From Phoronis australis (lineage: Eukaryota; Animalia; Phoronida), in assembly GCA_002633005.1 (NCBI GenBank), contig NMRA01000011.1:1314555-1378554 (forward strand): a stretch of DNA of 64,000 nucleotides. The letters are read 5' to 3'. Shown here piece by piece: positions 11,099 to 23,885 of this stretch (the stretch's first letter is position 1; every line of letters begins with the position of its first letter). The translations under genes were made by a program, and so were the position numbers. The notes under the pieces were generated by a model. It was not told the origin of the DNA and did not search any database. It was given only the letters and a program-made list of their open reading frames with translations.

Positions 11099-14000
11099 TA
11101 GTTCGGTCCCTTAGCAGTCAAAACCCCCAAAACATCTACACCCCGGATTAAAGCACAAAAGTTGGTACACAGATACTTTGAGACACGCTGAATCTCATGA
11201 GGGTCGGTTGCCCGAAATTTGGGGCCAAGGTCAAGGTCAAATCAAGGTCAAATGTCACGTAGGTATTTTTTTGAAATGACTTGACACAAAGTATCTGCTT
11301 CATTGCTGTTTCAGGTGATAAGCAGGATACTTTATTTTGATTTCAAATTAATGTTGACAACTTCTAAAAACAAGTTAAAAGCAAAAAGTAATTTTCCTGA
11401 CACTTAAGATGGTAATTATCATAATTAATAGAGCATATATATTTTCAATGGAAATTAAGTCTATTTGTTTTCTCTAGCTGAGAAAAACTGTCAAACTAGT
11501 ATGAATATGCATTAAGTCAACTCTAGAATGTTTAACCTTTTACAGAACTTCATTTTTAAATGTCTTTGTCAAAATATTTATAATTAATTATGTAACAAAT
11601 CGTATCTGTAATTAAAGGAAATCGGACAAAGAACAATTGCTGAAACTTTTATCATCATTTTTAATTTGATCATAGCTAAAGGTTACTTTGTTAATTAGTG
11701 AGTTTATATTTTAGTTTGAACTTGATGGTGACATAAGTTAAACCAATTAAGGTAATTTAGGTAATTTAAGGTTCACCAGAAGGATGAAATAACAACAAAA
11801 TCACCAGGTTTCACTTGTATTCTAATGAGGTGAATTCCTTGTTGCACTATATTTTAAAACAGATACAGGCATAATTAATTGTCTTGAGGAACATGTTGCA
11901 TAAACAAATGTTTATTATTAATTGCTTCCATCTAATTGTTTGTGGTAACATATTGTCTAACAGCTGAAGCTGACCTCTGCTCATTCGGACAACAGTACCC
12001 AAACAGGTGACATCAGCTCTAAGACTTGCATAATGTTGACCTCGAGTTCATTGTTCGTGTAATATTATTTTGAATGAGATATTCTAATTTAGGTATGTAC
12101 TTTTTTGATTAACTATGTATATAAATATATATCCTAATTTGTTTTAACTGATTGGAGATAATACTTTTGGTTGGCTTCAGCACATCTGAAGACAGGAGCA
12201 GGGATTTCCTGTTTAAATCACTATAGTAGCTATTCGCATGTATAGCCTACAATGTAAGTTGTTTAATAAGGCTTAATTAAGAGACCAATTTTTCTAAGAA
12301 GCCCATTCCAATAAATAATACCTACAAAAATTACGCTTTAATTCCGCAGTACCTTATTCCCAAGGTCAAGTTGTTTGAGCAATGCCTTACTCCAGATCGA
12401 CCACTTGTAATTGCCCGACAATTTATTGTTCCAAAACGTTACCCACCATCCTGAAAGCAATTGAGACAATGTAGATTTTCTGAATAACAGGCCATAGACA
12501 CTATCAATAGAAATGTTTCGAAGACGGCTGGTTACCTGAGCTGGAACAATACGTCAACTCTCGTTACGTCACTATGACGTATTCGTACCGCCTGCTTCAG
12601 GAGGCCTCAGTGGCTACAGCTGGTAGAGCTGACTCCTTTCTTCAAGCCTCACACTTGACTCGAACAAGACACGCACACCAGGTGACAGCTCTGTCTCTGG
12701 CAAAGCTACAGGAAGAACCATTTCTTATTGTGAAAAATGAAGGTGCTGTCGAGTCTCCAGCAGGAAAAGTGATAGCTCAATGAGAATTCCAAAATTTGAG
12801 TTTTGGAATGTTATCTTACATGTCCAATTACTGATCTTGATTCTCGTCCTTGCTCATGGTGAATGCAACTTGTCGCTGTGCATTGATGTCTTTGAATCTC
12901 TTGTGTCCTATTTCTTTGCTCTTGACCTTCAAAATTATGCAAGATGGGTCTCTCTCACATCCAAGACGTGAGAGCTATACCAGTTAACGTACGATAGCAT
13001 TTGACGGATGTTTTCAAATACACGGCACAGATTCTGTGCTGTTGCAATTGACTAGGCGGATGAAGAAAATAACGCCTTAGTCCAAGACAGTGGTGGGGCT
13101 ATTGGATTAACTGAAAATCCAAACGCTTTGATAGAATGAATGGTGTTTGGGTCCGAGCTATAGCCAGGTTGCTGACTGAGTTTGATTGTCAATCGTTTTG
13201 AAGACAATAACGAGGAAAAAAAACGCCACAAAGACATTCTATACTTCCAGAACAGTTTTAAAAACCATGTGAACAGTTTATGTGGTGTAAGGTGTCAGTT
13301 CAGCAAACTAAAGGGAAACCCTTTCTTTGACTATGGTGATGAACTTATGACGTTAGATACGGTACAGCTCTTCAGACTATCGAAGTGCCTGGAAAACAGC
13401 AATATGACAACTATAAGCAAACAGTCGTAATTGAAAAGTCCCAACCAATAAAGACCCCTATCAAGAAAAACAAGTTTGTTGTTTCCGAAACAGCTAACGG
13501 GAAGGCAAAAAGAGTGACTCAGCAGCGCATGGATGACATCAAGAAAGACTGCAGCTTATTTAGTCAGGTTTTTATAGCTAGTCAAATTCTAGAAGGATGA
13601 TTTTGTTATACATGAGAATCATTCTTGGCCACCATCCCTGAACCAGAACGACAGTCTCGGTTTACCCTCACAGAAGTCACACTTGCTCAAAATGTTAGAA
13701 TTTCCTCATTCAGACGTTCCTGAATCCGTCGATGTCAAAGTCTTTGATGGGCCAGTTATTGTGCGCAAATTTTCTCCAAACGAATCCGCGACATTCGGAC
13801 AGTTCAGTGAAAACTGCTAAGTGGGCACATTCTAACCTTCACATTTGCTGTAGAGTTGACATTGTGTTTGATGCTTACACTGAAGACAGCTTGAAGGCCA
13901 CCGCTGATAGAGGTACAGGTGATCTTGCCAAAGTTTCACACCAAACGCAACTGTCTCTGTACTTCCAGATTTTCTTGCAAACTCGAAGAATAAAGAGGAA

Positions 14001-15574
14001 TTGTTCATGCTGTTAGCTGAAGATATCTTTAGCAATCGCCTATCCTCCAGGACAAAATATATATGTTACCCACGGTCACTCTGTTCTTTCCTCTAGTTCT
14101 GACATACCGCCGAGAGTCGGACACCTGTATGTGCTTGTACATTGGGGATGCTTTGATCAAAGGTAATCAGAGAATACTGGTTTCTACAATTGATACTGAT
14201 GTTGTGGTCGTTCTTCTTGGTGTTGTTGATCAGCTTAAGGCTTTGCTGTCAGCAATTCAATTACGGGTAGTGGTTAAAGCTGGAAAGAAGGTGCGGGAAC
14301 TTTTCGTCAAGAGTTTGTTTGACTAGCTTAGGTACGATTTGTGTGTAGCTCTACCCATGTTCCATGCCTTAACAGGGTTGGACACAACGTCCCAGTTTTA
14401 TGGAAAAGAGAAGAAAACAGCATGGGAGACATGAAAAGCTTACCGTGATGCTACTCAGGCATTCTCGTGTCGCGGGCAATCAATTCCTTTCAGCAACTCA
14501 CCGTCGACAGTCAGGAATTCAAAACAATTGAGACATTTACATGTTTCGTTTATGAACGAAAAGTCAAAACCAGCAAAGTCAATACTTTATGAAGGGACCT
14601 TTTCCAACAAAAAGTTCAGATCATACCAAATTTATCACCTACCCAATCTCCTCTGATAAAGCAAGTTAACAAATGCTTGTATCAAGCTGGCAGTTGGATG
14701 CCCATCCATGGGAAACCAAGTCCATAGAGGTTTGCATGGCAGAGTGACAAGGGCCAACAATGGACACCTTCACTGGATAGACATGCCTGAAATCTCCAAA
14801 GCCGGCCAGCAGCTCATGGTTGGAAGAGCATACCACCATGGGGCAAGAGATATAAATTAAAAGCAATTCCTTAGCATGCACAACACTTGTCAGTAACATG
14901 GTTTGTTATGGACCAAAGGAACAGATGATAATGTTAATTGAATTCTGTGGTCTGCAATGACAATTTGAGATTAATCTGTTTTATTGTGTTGATATTATAA
15001 GCAGATGACAATCGGATTATATGAAGACAGGAGCTAAAAGAAGCATACTAACGACATATTTGAAAGCTGGTCTCTGAGTTTTTGGTAGTCTGTCAAGTTC
15101 TATGCATATAAATTGGTCTCTTTATCATAACATCAACTGAATTTTCATAATAATTGTACAAATTAATGATAAATCTAATAAATTTTGGTAAGAAATCCTA
15201 TTTGTTGTTGTATTATTAGTCTTGCACCAAATCAAAATCATGATTTTGTTAAAATTGCAGTTGGTTGGTTAAATTTTGACGGCCATATTGGAATTATGCA
15301 AATGAGGAGTCTTAATATTATGAGAAAAAGATATTGCGATGTCTAGTTAATATAGTACTGTTACCTAGCCTTAAAGTGTGTGATCATCTCTCAAGCAACC
15401 ACAGATTGTGTTACTGGGCGGCCATTTTGTTTTTTGAGATTTAACCTTGACCTTGACCTCAAAATTTGGGCAACCGACCCCCATGAGATTCAGCATGTCA
15501 AAAAGTACTAGTCGGTGCCAAATTTGGTGCTTTAATCCGACGTGTAAATGTTTTCGGGTTAAGGGCCTGGACTA
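11099..15574 (+). mobile_element. Academ (AcademX) DNA transposon, decayed and probably internally deleted
   Basis: About 150-bp imperfect TIRs (11099-~11245 vs ~15438-15574, sharing CGGATTAAAGCAC, GCTGAATCTCATG.GGGTCGGTTGCCC, CAAGGTCAAGGT). Termini 5'-TAG...CTA-3'. 3-bp TSD TAA at 11096-11098 and 15575-15577. Confidence 0.9.
12530..14830 (+). pseudogene. Academ transposase plus XPG/FEN1-like nuclease pseudogene
   Basis: Fragments ADSFLQASHLTRTRHAHQVTALSL, YFFALDLQNYARW, NNALVQDSGGAIGLTENPNAL, HENHSWPPSL, RVDIVFDAY, ESDT...TIDTDVVV, ALPMFHALTGLDTTSQFYGKEKKTAW (H3TH-like), FKTIETFTCFVYE. Numerous stops and frameshifts. Confidence 0.88.
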
Positions 15575-16235
15575 TAAGCTGAGTAACGAATAAGATGAGA
15601 AACATTCTTACAGCGGTAAGTGTCCCAAACAAAAACGTATTTTTTGACAAAAGTATTTGTTTTGATTCCGCTTTGATAATACGGAAGGTCTAATTATATT
15701 CCACAAAAAATGCCCAGTGTGGTACAGTGTAAGTAGCGTAGGGTAGTGTTTATTGTAATGACAAGTACGCCGTTCATTAATACGACAATATATGATTGTA
15801 ACAACAATCTGTCCCCAGCCCGAATTGGGTTTAACTATCCCTTCAAATTGATACATAATTATCTCTTCACAGTGACCTCTTCACAAGAGCTCTATATTGG
15901 CATGTTGGAGCGCTATAGGGCCTACATGTGAAAAATCTAACGTCATCTGTTTACAAAGATGGTCAGCAAATGTTAAAAGGTACTAGACGACCGAACTTAT
16001 CACAACCGAGGTAGAACAATGACCGACTCAACTGCTCTCACAGTCAGACTATATGAAAAGAAATTGGCGCGAAATTTTTGCCTCCCAAAACGTCACTTCC
16101 GCAGTAGACGACGAGTGATTATTTAAATTACGAAAAGCAGTAAATAAGTGAAAAATTTGTCTGAGATAATCAACGAACCTTATTTTTGCTAAAAATGACA
16201 TGAAAAAGGTTGCCTTCGCCTTTAAGGATGTGCTT

Positions 16236-16312
16236 GTTTCGGGCCGAGGAGTCCACCCTCGCAGAGGGACGGCCTGTCTCGGGCCGGGGAGTCTACTCTC
16301 GGAGATGGCCCT
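16236..16312. repeat. Two-copy ~40-bp GC-rich tandem repeat
   Basis: GTTTCGGGCCGAGGAGTCCACCCTCGCAGA at 16236 and GTCTCGGGCCGGGGAGTCTACTCTCGGAGA at 16276. Confidence 0.7.
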
Positions 16313-17136
16313 GGGTGCTATTGCCCCTTTACGACTACTCAAAATATCCGTACATTTTTGATGAAAAAATAGGAGTCACCAACAATTTACCTATAATGGA
16401 ACGAAAGAGGGAGGCGGCAAGCTTCTCCGACCCCCGAAATATGTTGATGGTCACATGTCTTTACTGCATTGATTCCTGGTATTGCTTTAATAGTGTGGAA
16501 ATTTAATTCAGCACACAAAAGTTACTATCAATGTTTTATTTAGTAGTGAGAATGCCCAATGCATGCCCAACATGGCTTTAAACCAGTAAAGACAAACAGG
16601 GCAAAAGTACAACAATATTATGATGGAAACATGAGATTATAAGGTAATGTTGTGTGAACATGACAGCTTATTCACAAGTGTAGTGCCGCTCGCTTGACCA
16701 AGTCTGCCTTGAAACGCTATGTCGGTTGAGATTCTGAAATATAAACAATAAGTGTTGTTTTACAGCTAGCTTCATTTATTTCCGTTAAACAGAGGAAATG
16801 TTCTTTTTCTAGCAACTGAGAACCTTGAAACCACAAAAGCAGCGACAGAGACAACTCTCAAATAGGACTTAACTCGCAGAAGGAAGCACAGAAGTCACTG
16901 GTGAATCTAGAATGAAGCAAGGAGGTCCCAATCGAAGTTTTCGAGGAACGAATTCAAGTAAACCCTAAGAACGGTATGGCCGTGAAGTTTTTGATGGTGT
17001 CCGGAATGGGGCCAGACCCATGGGTACCCAAATCCGTCAATGGTTCAACTTTACACGGCCCATCTAGTGTTGCCTTGCTAAATTAGGAACACTTATTCGT
17101 CACTTTTAAAATGATTGTGATGCTTTAAACAGATTA

Positions 17137-17351
17137 CGGGTCAGTTTCATGAAAAGTGATTTAGTCATACGCCTCCATTTAACAATTAACGAATACATGT
17201 TTTGTTATGTCACAGCCTAGAAATAATTGATACAAATTATCTCAGCAACTAGCAAGTACTTTGTACTTTTGCTGAAGTGACTTTTATTTTTTTTTTCAGA
17301 AAAAGTTATGATAAACGTAAGACAACTTTCATTTTTAATGAAACAGGCCCC
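17137..17351. mobile_element. Small MITE-like element
   Basis: Left CGGGTCAGTTTCATGAAAA; right end reverse-complements to GGGGCCTGTTTCATTAAAA. TSD not clear. Confidence 0.55.
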
Positions 17352-17995
17352 AATAAACGTATTCATTGAATGTTCTTTAGGTTTGACCGTCTCGAGTTAG
17401 CAGTCATCGATCACGTGATCAACACGTAAAACGGTTACAAGACTACAATGACAAGAAAGAACAGTTGAAGCGACATCTATAGAAAGCGTCAACGAAGATA
17501 ATAACTCGGCACAACAACCCCTGGTCCACCATGTTGTTTAGTAAACGGTTTGGGGAATACACTCTCGTTGTTTGCAAACTGAGATTACAAAATTGATTCC
17601 CATTGAAAAAGCTACAGGAAATTCCATTAATGAATGCACAGTTAATCGTAATGCTAGAGTAGGCGTTGTTTACGGATAAAGAGGCTGTCGTTTTTAGCAA
17701 ATTCAGTCTCGTAGCCATAGGCCAGGTATAAATTGTGTTACCAAGCAATACCGCAACATAATATTCCGCAACCGTCGTCAAGTCAGAAAGGTACATGTAC
17801 AACAAGCTGTCAGTTTACGCTTTTTAGGATCGATTACCATAACTGAAAATTGGTAAATGACCACCAAACAATTAAAGATGCTCTCGTTCAAATTTTACCC
17901 AAGCACAAAGTTAGATTTCACGATTTTCAAGTTAAAAGTGATACAGGTGTCCCTACAACAGCTATTGTCAAAAATAGTTCTTGTGCTTTCCTTAA

Positions 17996-18323
17996 AGCTG
18001 TCTTTTCAATTAGTGTAGCTGGCTAAAACAAAAATCGAATTCGAATTTTCCTCCCATGGAATTGGTCTCGTAATATTCCTTACCGCCATAGGATTCTATT
18101 TCCGTTACCAACTCAACTCACAACCAATACGTTCGTCCATTTTCCAAGTCGAAATTTTAGGGAAGGCCATCCCCAATAACGTCTGAAACGTTTTCTTGAG
18201 TCGCTGATCGTTTTGGTGTAGTTGTTGGTAACGGAAATTGAATCTCGTGATGGAAGGTAATACCAAGCCATGAGACCGATTTGTTTTCCTTATTTTGCCA
18301 TGTTAACATGGTGAAATGTAGCT
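17996..18323. mobile_element. TTAA-flanked (Kolobok-type) MITE with internal inverted repeats
   Basis: TTAA|AGCTGTCTTTTCA ... TGAAATGTAGCT|TTAA. Internal inverted TTGGTAACGGAAAT.GAATC. Homologous copy at 30038-30346. Confidence 0.75.
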
Positions 18324-20274
18324 TTAAGTACGAATGTACCGGACGAAGGTGATGTCGGAGATTGACAATGAACCATAAGTGAAGCCACTTAAAGAGAGTC
18401 CCAGAAGATGGTAGATTTATTTTTTTCACATCTGGAGACCAGGACGTGTTTGTGCCAAATCAGTAGAGGGTTAGAAGACACTAGTAGATAGGAAAGCTAA
18501 CCATAATGCCTCTGGATGGACCATGAAGCGGCAGAAGAACATCGGAGGTGTGTCGTTTCACGTATGTACTGGGCAAGACTGGTTTACCTGCCCGGGGTAA
18601 CATGTGCTTTGCGTGGTGTGGGCTCGAGGCTATGAGCTCGGAGAGAATATTAGCACCCTGGAAAAAACCGCTACCAATGGAGCATTCCGTGAAACTAAAC
18701 CAGTTAAATCTTGGATAATAATATTTCAAACAACAGTTTGTGAGAAATCTCGTAATTTTTGATGAATTGACAAAACTTGTGAGTTACAATGCCTTGACGG
18801 TTTCTCAGTTTTTTGGAATAAACAGTAACTGCACAGTTTCCAATTTTCTTCCCTCGTTCTCACTAACAACGTTCTTATATCTCATGAACACCTGTTAGTG
18901 AGCAAAGATTTGTGGTTCGTGAATAAAGAACTGTGTTCGGGTAAATGACTTGTGGTGCAAACAAAAAGAAGAATAGGTCATAAAGGAATTGAATGTGTTC
19001 GTGTCAGAAAGAACACAGTGAGTCAGAACGCCTGTGAGGTTCGTGAGAGAGGAAGACTGGACACCTTATACTGGCAGGTTAGGTGGGGCTGAGAATTCCA
19101 AAAATACAGACTATTAGTTGTTTGGTTTCCAATCAAAAGAGTTTTTGCGAATCTAACCTGTTTTCAAATAACGTCAATTCGTATTGAAGTGATGGATTGC
19201 AAGCCAACGGAATGCCCCGTGAACGAATCTATTTAGCATTATTACAGGTTTCAGGTGACAGAGCTTGTGTATAGAAAGTATTGTTAAAACAATAAAAATT
19301 AATCGTAACCAAGCCAAAGTTTAAGAAAAAGATGAGTACCAAAGATTAAGAAACACGAGTTTAAATGTTCTAAACTATTCTAAACTTAAAACCGAAGACA
19401 ACTGTACGAATGAAAAAGAATAGTAACTTAGAACGAATGTCAGAAATTAAAAGCTTTAAAAAGTGGACTAACTAAGCTTGCTTGGTTTGCAGGGTTTCAA
19501 AACGAAATGGGCCGAGTAAAATTTAATTAAAGTAGAAATCTGAACGAGCGGTTCAGATAAAATCAGGTTCAGGAAGGTAACATGGGTTAGGTATTTCTTG
19601 TATTTTTTCTTTTTCAATAAAATAGTGAAAACGAATGTCTTCATTTTAACTTAATATGAGCAGGTGCAGTGTGATTTGCTTAAACACATTTCGTTCAGAT
19701 AAAAACAAAGCAAGCCATTCGATCAGATATTTTTAAATACCTGGTCGATTTAAAACTACAAACGGTTCATAGGATATTTGAACTGATTGTTGCATAAATG
19801 AAACACACGGCAAAGGTCAGTCATGAGGGAATGTTGATCCACTAAAACTAATGAACAGTGACAGAATCAGAGAATAAAGTCACCCTTGAACAAATGGGGG
19901 TGGATTATTAACGCTAACCTCATACACATTAGGCCTGATAGATATTACTTCCATTCTTAATTGTCACTGAAATTTCAAGCGGACAATCCACTTAATTATA
20001 TTCTGTGAGTTATTAAAAGAGTCGTTCACAAAGCCAACACGATGGGTCGTCACACTTTTCCGCGACGCACCACTCCCCCTTCCTCATTGCAGGTGGTCCA
20101 CGAGTTTCTCAAAATGTAGCCGGAATAGCAAGGGAAGAAAGCATCTAAGCGCTACAATACAGCTAGGTTCCGGTCTCAAAATATGAGCCTGCTTAATGCA
20201 GTACGACCTTGATGAAGGTAGTTCAAATTTGGACTTCAGCAAAACATAACCTTCCTATTCACAACCACAGTTAC

Positions 20275-20422
20275 CTGTATTGCTGAGTCTTTATTGCCTG
20301 TGTCATTTGCCCAACTGCTGTCGGTGAGAAGCCGCCGCTGCCTTGACGACTGGGCCATAGGTGTAAGGCTCCGTCGGCGGGGTGCACTGGGCCCGGGCAT
20401 GTATTTACCAAACATTGAGACC
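20275..20422 (-). CDS. AGBL2: CCP long-isoform exon (VSMFGKYMPGPSAPRRRSLTP...DSAIQ)
   Basis: Acceptor ctcactgcag, donor CAG|gtaact, open in phase 2->0, matching the preceding exon. Downstream terminal exon not found. Confidence 0.55.
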
Positions 20423-21940
20423 CTGCAGTGAGTAAATATTTCATGTTAATTTGAAGACGTTACAAGGTTACCAAAGCTAAGTGAGCTTTTCCTCCAAGTC
20501 GCAACAAGAGCGACATGTCTTTGTTCCAATGACAAGTTGTCTTGGTTTGAATACGCGCTTATCTCAAGAAACCTTTTGAACTGAGGCGAGTTAATGCTTC
20601 ATGCTTTTTACGTTTGGATTGTAGCTTAAGACTGAGCAGAGGTAAGATGTTTGGCGTATTTCACCGTGTCAACGTTTTATCTAGTCAGGGACAACGAAAA
20701 CGCGCTCAATAACTTTAAGTCACAATATTACACAGCCATTTATAGTTCCTTTTGGTTGACTTAAACCCGGTCAAAATCAATAACGTAGAAGGCCAGACGG
20801 AGGGAGCTCAGGGAGGGTGAGGAGAAAAACTTAGGAAGAGTGGGTGGGTGGGAAGGAGACCGGAAGGAGAGATGCAGGATGGAAGAGGGCCAGAGAGAGG
20901 GGGGGATGGAAGGAGAAAGAGAGTTCATAATGTATTAACTCATAAATAATTTGTAGCAAACAATGACAATGATGTTGCTCAACTCGCCTCAGTAGTTCCA
21001 ACGCATTTCGCCATTTCCATAATTCTACCCTCTCTTCGTGAAATAAGGACAGAAAGATCAATGTGGCTACCAAATAACGACATTATGTAATCAATCCGAC
21101 CAAGAAAATGTAATTATTATTGCAGGCCAATGGAAAGCATTGCCCGTGAATTACGCTCGTAAGTTAGGGTGTAGAGATGTTTCATGCCCGTGTTTTACTA
21201 GAGGGAACTACGGGCATACTTAATGAGCGCAGAAGACGAGCGTTCATTTCGGAAAGCAAGATTGGACGATCAGTTGAGACTGTGTTGGCATAGAACCCTA
21301 GAAAAAATGACCAAAATTGGCTACCTACGGAACATTGTTTTATGCACTGTTCTTCAAAAGCTATTAGGAATTGTTTAATAAAATGTTTTACTTTTGTATG
21401 AGAATCTATCAAAATATGACTTTTATGATTTTCATAAAAGTTTCAAAAGGTGCTTAAAAAGAAAACTAAGTAACAATTTAGAAAACTGTTACTGGGAAAC
21501 TTTCGTTAAGAGTGGTATCTTCATTTTCGACAAAAGTAATACTCAGTCAACACATCTTCAAATATGTTCAAACTAAATTTAGATTGAGTTTTTAGTTTAA
21601 TTTTTATTTTTGGTAGTGCACCACCGTGTTTGTGAAATTTGATTCTACAATAAAAATGCTTTGACATCAACAGAAATTCAAAATCTTTACGAAGAAGCCG
21701 TAAAAATATCCGGCAAACAGTTTGATTTCCGTTTCAGTGGCAGAGTACCACTTTGGATAATGGGTTTAGTCTGTTTTTTTCACGTTTTTTGCCACCTTAA
21801 TAGTAAAATAAGGCAAGCAAAATAGGGCTGAAAGTTACGAAATGTTCATATTATAGTGATATATTTCGTCAGACAAAACTCATAATAAACCAGTTAATGG
21901 AAAGGAAAGGATGTATTTAAGAGCATAAACGTTGACAAAC

Positions 21941-22021
21941 CTTTGTCCATAAACGGTCGCAGGAGCAGAGTGAGCCAGGCTGTTAGTGGATAGGTTAGGT
22001 TCGTCACTCTCAGACCCCGTG
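21941..22021 (-). CDS. AGBL2: CCP long-isoform exon (TGSESDEPNLSTNSLAHSAPATVYGQ)
   Basis: tttgtag| ... AG|gtttgt, 81 nt, phase 2->2, open. Confidence 0.6.
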
Positions 22022-22574
22022 CTACAAACGACACACCAAGCAACGTGCAACAAACGCTTCACAAGAAACAGCTGTCACTCTCACTTCTATAGAAAACATC
22101 ATCTAACGTAATGAAGCAATACTGCATTATGCAAGCTAAAGTACACTTAAGCTACATGTTAAAAAATATAAAGAACTTCTGGTCGTAGAGATGTTCCGTC
22201 CACTCATGTAAAAACAGTAGGAACTGAACGGCTTCACACCGAGGTGATCAAGTTGTGGTCACTACCGCAATGTGCAAAACCGACTTGATTGCATCTGTCG
22301 TAAATATACTTTGAGGTCGTACTTTAGATCCACTGAAACACTGCATACTAATCTTAAGTGGACCAACGCTGCTCTCGACACAGACATTGAAAACGTTAGC
22401 TAACCTACAAAATGTTACAGCAATGTCGAGAAAGTTACCGACATTAACAAAGATACTCGCACAGAAACACACATACACGCACACACACACACGCATTGCC
22501 ACATCAAAAGTAGTACGATTAAGTTAAGGAAAACACAACAAAACTCAAACAAATGATGCACACGATAGTCTTAC

Positions 22575-22614
22575 TTTGTGTCGTCTTGTGTTGTTCCGGG
22601 AAAAGCAACTGGAT
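22575..22614 (-). CDS. AGBL2: CCP long-isoform micro-exon (DPVAFPGTTQDDT)
   Basis: gctttttag| ... |gtaaga, 40 nt, phase 1->2, bridging the neighbouring exons. Confidence 0.55.
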
Positions 22615-23197
22615 CTAAAAAGCAAATATATTCATGAGACATTCAACGTTTCAAACAATATATTCACGAGAGATGTAACGCTTCAAACAATAGGCCCACC
22701 CTGCACTGAACTCTCCTACTTCGAGGGAATGAAAGAAAATACAGTGCGTGAATGACATATTTTAAAGACTGTCGGTCATTGCTGCCTTGAAAAGACAAGG
22801 GAAGCCCAACCAGCAATGATATCGCCACTTTTGCCAACTTTTTTGTGTCAGCATAGAACTTAAATTTTTGATTCAATACAAATTTGACTGCAATACAATG
22901 ATGAATTACATTAACTTTAATATGATATGATACTACATCTGCGCTTGACGTATGTGCTATGCATTGTGGGTAAATACCTTAGAATTAGAATAGTGATCTG
23001 TGCTGTTTCAGGATGGGTTTATTCCACAGAACACTTAGAACAATTTAGAATGTCATAACTACTGTTTATAATAAAATTAATGGAAGCAAGCTCCATTTCA
23101 CTCGTCTGCGCATGATTTCTAGTTTCGGTGTCCGAAAGTGACGGTGATGACTTTAGACTTACGTAACGATAGAGGGGGACACCGGGAGTGAACATAC

Positions 23198-23339
23198 CTT
23201 GGAAACGGCAGTGCGAAGCTAGGGACTCGGATATGTTTGAGGTTCCCTCTTCGATGGCAGCTTGGAATTTTTGTCGCACCTCTTGACTTAGGTCACGGGG
23301 AAGATTGTTGAACATAGGAGGAATGACATCATCGTCAGA
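23198..23339 (-). CDS. AGBL2: CCP long-isoform exon (SDDDVIPPMFNNLPRDLSQEVRQKF...HCRFQ)
   Basis: gcttgtag| acceptor, AAG|gtatgt donor, phase 0->1. An alternative gtaagt donor would end the exon at 23163. Confidence 0.7.
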
Positions 23340-23500
23340 CTACAAGCATAAGAACATAAGATAGATGACGTCATCATCAGCCTACAAGTACAAGAACACA
23401 AAAGAGATGGCGTCATCTTTAGACTGCAAATGTAAGACCACAGAAGGGATGACGCCATCATTATAAGATTGTTGAACACAGGAGGGATGATATCATCATG
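23301..23500. repeat. Degenerate 42-bp minisatellite (~4.5 units) spanning an intron-exon junction
   Basis: Units begin GAACATAGGAGGAATGACATCATC / GAACATAAGATAGATGACGTCATC / GAACACAAAAGAGATGGCGTCATC / GACCACAGAAGGGATGACGCCATC / GAACACAGGAGGGATGATATCATC. Confidence 0.85.
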
Positions 23501-23702
23501 CAAACCATTGTAATCAACCTCAATACGCCTACTGACAACAACGACAATAATATCTGCCATTTGCATGAGTGCAATATAGTGCAACTGTTTCAGCATAAAA
23601 TGAATGATCCCATGGTATTTGTTTCAGCAAAACCTTTCACAACAAATGAAAGCGAGGCGCGCGATGTGAACAAAGACAAGTCCCAATGTTACTAAAACTT
23701 AC

Positions 23703-23885
23703 AAAGGTGAAGAAATCATGTCCTTGGTCCTGCATTTTCTTTTTCATTTCCGTTATGCGTCTCGCGGCTCTCTCAAGCGAACGTTCCTCCGAAAAACAAG
23801 GAATTCCTCCATTACTACGACCCTGGTATCTGTTGATAAACACTCGGTGATCTTTGAAAATTGGAGTTTTGTGACCTTGGGTTAC
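23703..23885 (-). CDS. AGBL2: CCP long-isoform exon (VTQGHK...FINRYQGRSNGGIPCFSEERSLERAARRITEMKKK...FFTF)
   Basis: gttgtag| acceptor, |gtaagt donor, 183 nt, phase 0->0. The RSNGGIP.F.EER motif is one I recall from invertebrate CCP2-like tails. Confidence 0.78.

Noticed and set aside
18157-18429. 90-aa ORF
   Set aside because: Largely overlaps the MITE at 17996-18323, which recurs at 30038.
23288-23596. ORF with Cys/Met-rich 14-aa repeats; also considered whether the 42-bp array is CRISPR-like
   Set aside because: It is an alternative frame of the minisatellite. The units are contiguous with no unique spacers, the context is eukaryotic and there are no cas genes.
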